Assembly: GCA_964497165.1 (NCBI GenBank)
Contig: CAZCEE010000001.1
Span: 1-40,582, forward strand
Direction: 5' to 3'
DNA from: an uncultured Schumannella sp.
GTDB lineage: Bacteria; Actinomycetota; Actinomycetes; Actinomycetales; Microbacteriaceae
DNA: 40,582 nt
Position numbers and translations under genes: made by a program. The notes beneath the pieces are model-generated. The model made no database searches. It was not told where the DNA came from and worked only from the letters and a program-made list of their open reading frames with translations. Each line of letters begins with the position of its first letter. The first letter of the stretch is position 1. Of this stretch, positions 37,875 through 40,582 are shown one piece after another.

Positions 37875-38212
37875 CTCCTCAGATCCTCGCCATCGGCTTG
37901 GCGATTGTGTTGCTCGTCGTCGTCATCCTGTTGTTGCGTTCCTACGTTTTGCCCGAGAAGTACGCGGTCATCTGGCTGGGCGCCTCGGTCGTGGCGATCG
38001 TGCTTTCGGCGTGGCCCGGTCTGCTCGACGCGATCGCCTCGTTCTTCGGGATCGCGTCGTCGATCAACCTGTTGTTCGTCGGCGCGTTCTTCGTAGTGTT
38101 CCTGCTGCTCATGCAGGTGAGTCTCGAGCTCGCCCGCACTCGCGACGAACTGCGCAAAGTCGTGCAGAAGCTCGCGCTCGAAATCGAAAGGCGCCCGAAG
38201 GACGATGACTGA
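37871..38212 (+). CDS. DUF2304-like small membrane protein (GacJ-like partner)
   Basis: 113 aa, three TMs; LPEKYAVIWL, PGLLDAIASFFGI...NLLF, C-terminal LVQKLAL-type tail (KVVQKLALE). Confidence 0.82.
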   Translation: MTPQILAIGLAIVLLVVVILLLRSYVLPEKYAVIWLGASVVAIVLSAWPGLLDAIASFFGIASSINLLFVGAFFVVFLLLMQVSLELARTRDELRKVVQKLALEIERRPKDDD

Positions 38213-39749
38213 GAAACGGACGCGCCCGTCATTCGGCGCGCTCGCTGGCCGCCTTCGAGTGATCCACCTCGCACCGCTGCTCGCCTTCCTCGCGCTCGCG
38301 GCGTGGGCGTTCGCATCCCCCATCGGCGCAGGTCCCGACGACGACTACCACCTGGTCAGCACGTGGTGCTCAAGTGGCGGGGGTGTCGAGTGCGAGCCCG
38401 GCAACGAGGCGAACACCCGCATCCTTCCCGGTGAGTTCGAGAGCGTCACCTGCTACGCGCAGAACTCGGACTGGAGTGCCGTCTGCCAGGAGGAACTCTG
38501 GGCCGACGCCCCCGAGAGCTGGCAGACCGATCGCGGCAACTTCGGCGGGGAGTACCCACCCGTCTACTACGCCGCAATGCACGTCTTCGTGGGTGCCGAC
38601 CTCCAGACCAGCGCCCTGGTGATGCGCCTCGTCAATGCCGCGATGTTCGTCGGCCTGGCGACTGCGCTCGCCGTGCTCCTGCCCGTCTGGCGTCGCCGCA
38701 CGCTGCTCTGGGGCTGGCTGATCGCCCTGATCCCGCTCGGCATCTTCCTCATCCCGTCCAACAACCCGAGCGGGTGGGCCGTCATGGGCGTCGGCACGGC
38801 GTTCCTCGCGCTGCTCGGCTGGTTCGAGTCGACCGGTCGCCGCCGCTGGGCCCTCGGTGCGCTGTACGTCGTCGGCGTCCTCATGGCCGCGGGATCCCGG
38901 GGCGACGCCGCCGTCTATGTCGTCGGAGCGACCGCTACGGCATTCATCCTCACGGCCGCCCGAACCCGGCGGTGGGCGCTTTCCGCAATCCTGCCGGCGG
39001 TGGGTGTCATCATCGCCGTCGGTCTGTTCGTGACCGCGGGCCAGTCCGGCGTCGGCGCGATCGGCTTCACGAGTGACACGGGCGGCTCGGCTGCCGGCGA
39101 GGATGGGCAGGCTCCGCTGACAGGTCTTGCGCTCGCCGCCTACAACCTTCTGATGTTGCCGTTCCTCTGGACCGGAGTCTGGGGCACGTGGGGTCTCGGT
39201 TGGTTCGACACCCTCATGCCGGCAGTCGTGCCGTGGGCGGCCACCGCAGCGTTCATGGTCGTCGGGTTCGCGGGCTTGGGTCGACTCAACGGGCGCAAGG
39301 CCGTGGCGCTCGCGGGGGTGTTGCTCGTCTTGACGGTGTTGCCCGTCTATGTGCTGACCGTCGGGGGCGACCGCATCGGCGAGATGCTCCAGCCTCGCTA
39401 CCTGCTGCCGCTCATCGTGCTGTTCGCGTTCCTGCTTGTCACCGAGCCTGACGATCGCCCGATCCGCTTCACCCGCACGCAGACCTTCGTCGTGCTCGGC
39501 ACGCTCACCCTCGCGCACTTCGTCGCGCTGCACGTCAACATCCGTCGCTACATCACGGGCACCGACCAGCAGGGCCCGAATCTCGATGCGGGCGCGGAGT
39601 GGTGGTGGACGGGCTTGCCCGTCGGCCCGACCGCGGTGTGGGTTCTCGGCGCTCTCGCGTACGCCGGCCTGCTCGTGGTGCTCTGGCCGCAGCTGCGGCG
39701 ACTTCAGTCGCCCGCGGCAGTGACCGAGGGGCGCGGCGCACCCTCGTAG
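38205..39749 (+). CDS. DUF2142-like (GacL-like) GT-C membrane glycosyltransferase, copy 3
   Basis: SPIGAGPDDDYH, RGNFGGEYPPVYY, SNNPSGW, GSRGD, LGWFDT, QPRYLLP. Confidence 0.75.
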   Translation: MTEKRTRPSFGALAGRLRVIHLAPLLAFLALAAWAFASPIGAGPDDDYHLVSTWCSSGGGVECEPGNEANTRILPGEFESVTCYAQNSDWSAVCQEELWADAPESWQTDRGNFGGEYPPVYYAAMHVFVGADLQTSALVMRLVNAAMFVGLATALAVLLPVWRRRTLLWGWLIALIPLGIFLIPSNNPSGWAVMGVGTAFLALLGWFESTGRRRWALGALYVVGVLMAAGSRGDAAVYVVGATATAFILTAARTRRWALSAILPAVGVIIAVGLFVTAGQSGVGAIGFTSDTGGSAAGEDGQAPLTGLALAAYNLLMLPFLWTGVWGTWGLGWFDTLMPAVVPWAATAAFMVVGFAGLGRLNGRKAVALAGVLLVLTVLPVYVLTVGGDRIGEMLQPRYLLPLIVLFAFLLVTEPDDRPIRFTRTQTFVVLGTLTLAHFVALHVNIRRYITGTDQQGPNLDAGAEWWWTGLPVGPTAVWVLGALAYAGLLVVLWPQLRRLQSPAAVTEGRGAPS

Positions 39750-40582
39750 AGCCGAGGCGTGCGGTTGATGGCCTGAATCGCTTCCGTGAAATCGACGCCG
39801 ACGACATCCAGGTACCACTTCAGGTTCGGGTAGCGGGGGGTGTTTTCCTCCTCGACGAGGCGGAGAGCCTCCTCGCGGGTGATGTCGCCCTCGCGCACCT
39901 GGTTGCTGCGGAACGTATCGTGCTCGGTGAAGCCCGCGATCGTGTAGTACGCGTAGTTGTAGAACGCAGCCGTGCCGTCGCCGATACGCCACGTGGTCTG
40001 CGTGTCGGGTGCGCGCTCCCAGTCGTACTCGCTGTCGAGGGTGTCTTCGATCTGCTTCTCGTCCCAGCGCCAGTAGTCGAAGATGTGGAAGTAGTCCGAC
40101 TTGGTGGTGAAGCTGCGGTAGTACTCCCCGGCGAGGGTGTCGGGAATCGAGCGGTTGAAGTAGCCGGGGCTCTGCAGCATCGCCTTGAATCGCAGACGCT
40201 GGTAGCGCAGCTGCTTCATCGCGCCGTGGCTGTAGACCCGCTCTTCGGCGAAGTCGGGCGGCACCCCGAGGAAGCCGGCCTTGAAGTGGGTGACTTCGAG
40301 CGGGTTAATACCCCAGAGGTTGAGAGTGACACCGGTCTGCCGCTTGAGCGTCTCGATGTGGCGGAAGAAGTGTTTGTCGCCCGCGGTGAGCACACTCAGC
40401 ATCCCGAGATGGGGCGATTTCAGCCACGCGTTGAGGTTGCGGCGGATGTAGTCGCGCTTCTTGGTGATGTCGGCGGCTACGATGATGTTCTCGACACCGA
40501 GCTTCGACGACATGCGGCTGACGTTGCGGCGGCCGAGGTCGGTGACCATGCCCCAGTCGTAGGTGTACGTGACCGGGCGGAG
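39704..40582 (-). CDS. C-terminal part of an N-acetyl-sugar amidotransferase-like (WbpG/WbuX-like PP-loop) protein; 5' end outside window
   Basis: The frame stays open to the window edge (LRPVTYTYDWGMVTDLGRRN...). Motifs DYWRWDE, WRIGDG, GFTEHD, SNQVREGDITREEALRLV resemble the WbuX/WbpG C-terminus. The PP-loop itself is not visible. Confidence 0.6.
   Translation of the reverse strand, partial: LRPVTYTYDWGMVTDLGRRNVSRMSSKLGVENIIVAADITKKRDYIRRNLNAWLKSPHLGMLSVLTAGDKHFFRHIETLKRQTGVTLNLWGINPLEVTHFKAGFLGVPPDFAEERVYSHGAMKQLRYQRLRFKAMLQSPGYFNRSIPDTLAGEYYRSFTTKSDYFHIFDYWRWDEKQIEDTLDSEYDWERAPDTQTTWRIGDGTAAFYNYAYYTIAGFTEHDTFRSNQVREGDITREEALRLVEEENTPRYPNLKWYLDVVGVDFTEAIQAINRTPRLYEGAPRPSVTAAGD

Noticed and set aside
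33893-39992. Long antisense ORFs (33893-35383, 35545-36435, 38370-39992)
   Set aside because: Typical reverse-complement frames of hydrophobic GC-rich genes (rich in D/E/H/R/Q); they recur because the sense genes are paralogs.
1-40582. CRISPR arrays, tRNA/rRNA genes, IS elements, integrases, phase-variable simple repeats
   Set aside because: None seen. Intergenic gaps are nearly all under 130 bp, and no regularly spaced repeats, transposase or recombinase motifs, or long homopolymer tracts were found by eye.

Overview
High-GC actinobacterial chromosomal window (gene content and order resemble Microbacteriaceae; this is an inference). The left 5 kb holds housekeeping genes (polyprenol-phosphate-mannose synthase, birA, GtrA-family, purK, purE) interrupted by two type II toxin-antitoxin modules. 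The first TA module lies between the intact ppm1 3' end and a diverged, internally deleted second copy of that 3' end. From ~5.3 kb to the right edge is a large cell-wall/surface polysaccharide locus: an LCP ligase, split dTDP-rhamnose genes (rmlBD ... rmlCA), Wzm/Wzt exporter, two nucleotide-sugar dehydrogenases, a 3-amino-3,6-dideoxyhexose pathway, many GT2/GT4 enzymes, and six predicted GT-C-like multipass membrane glycosyltransferases in three families. These include a GacI/GacJ/GacL-like module with three GacL-like (DUF2142-like) paralogs. Many genes appear to be transcribed leaderless from TANNNT-N6-8-start promoters. All family calls come from motif recognition in the supplied translations; no database searches were run.
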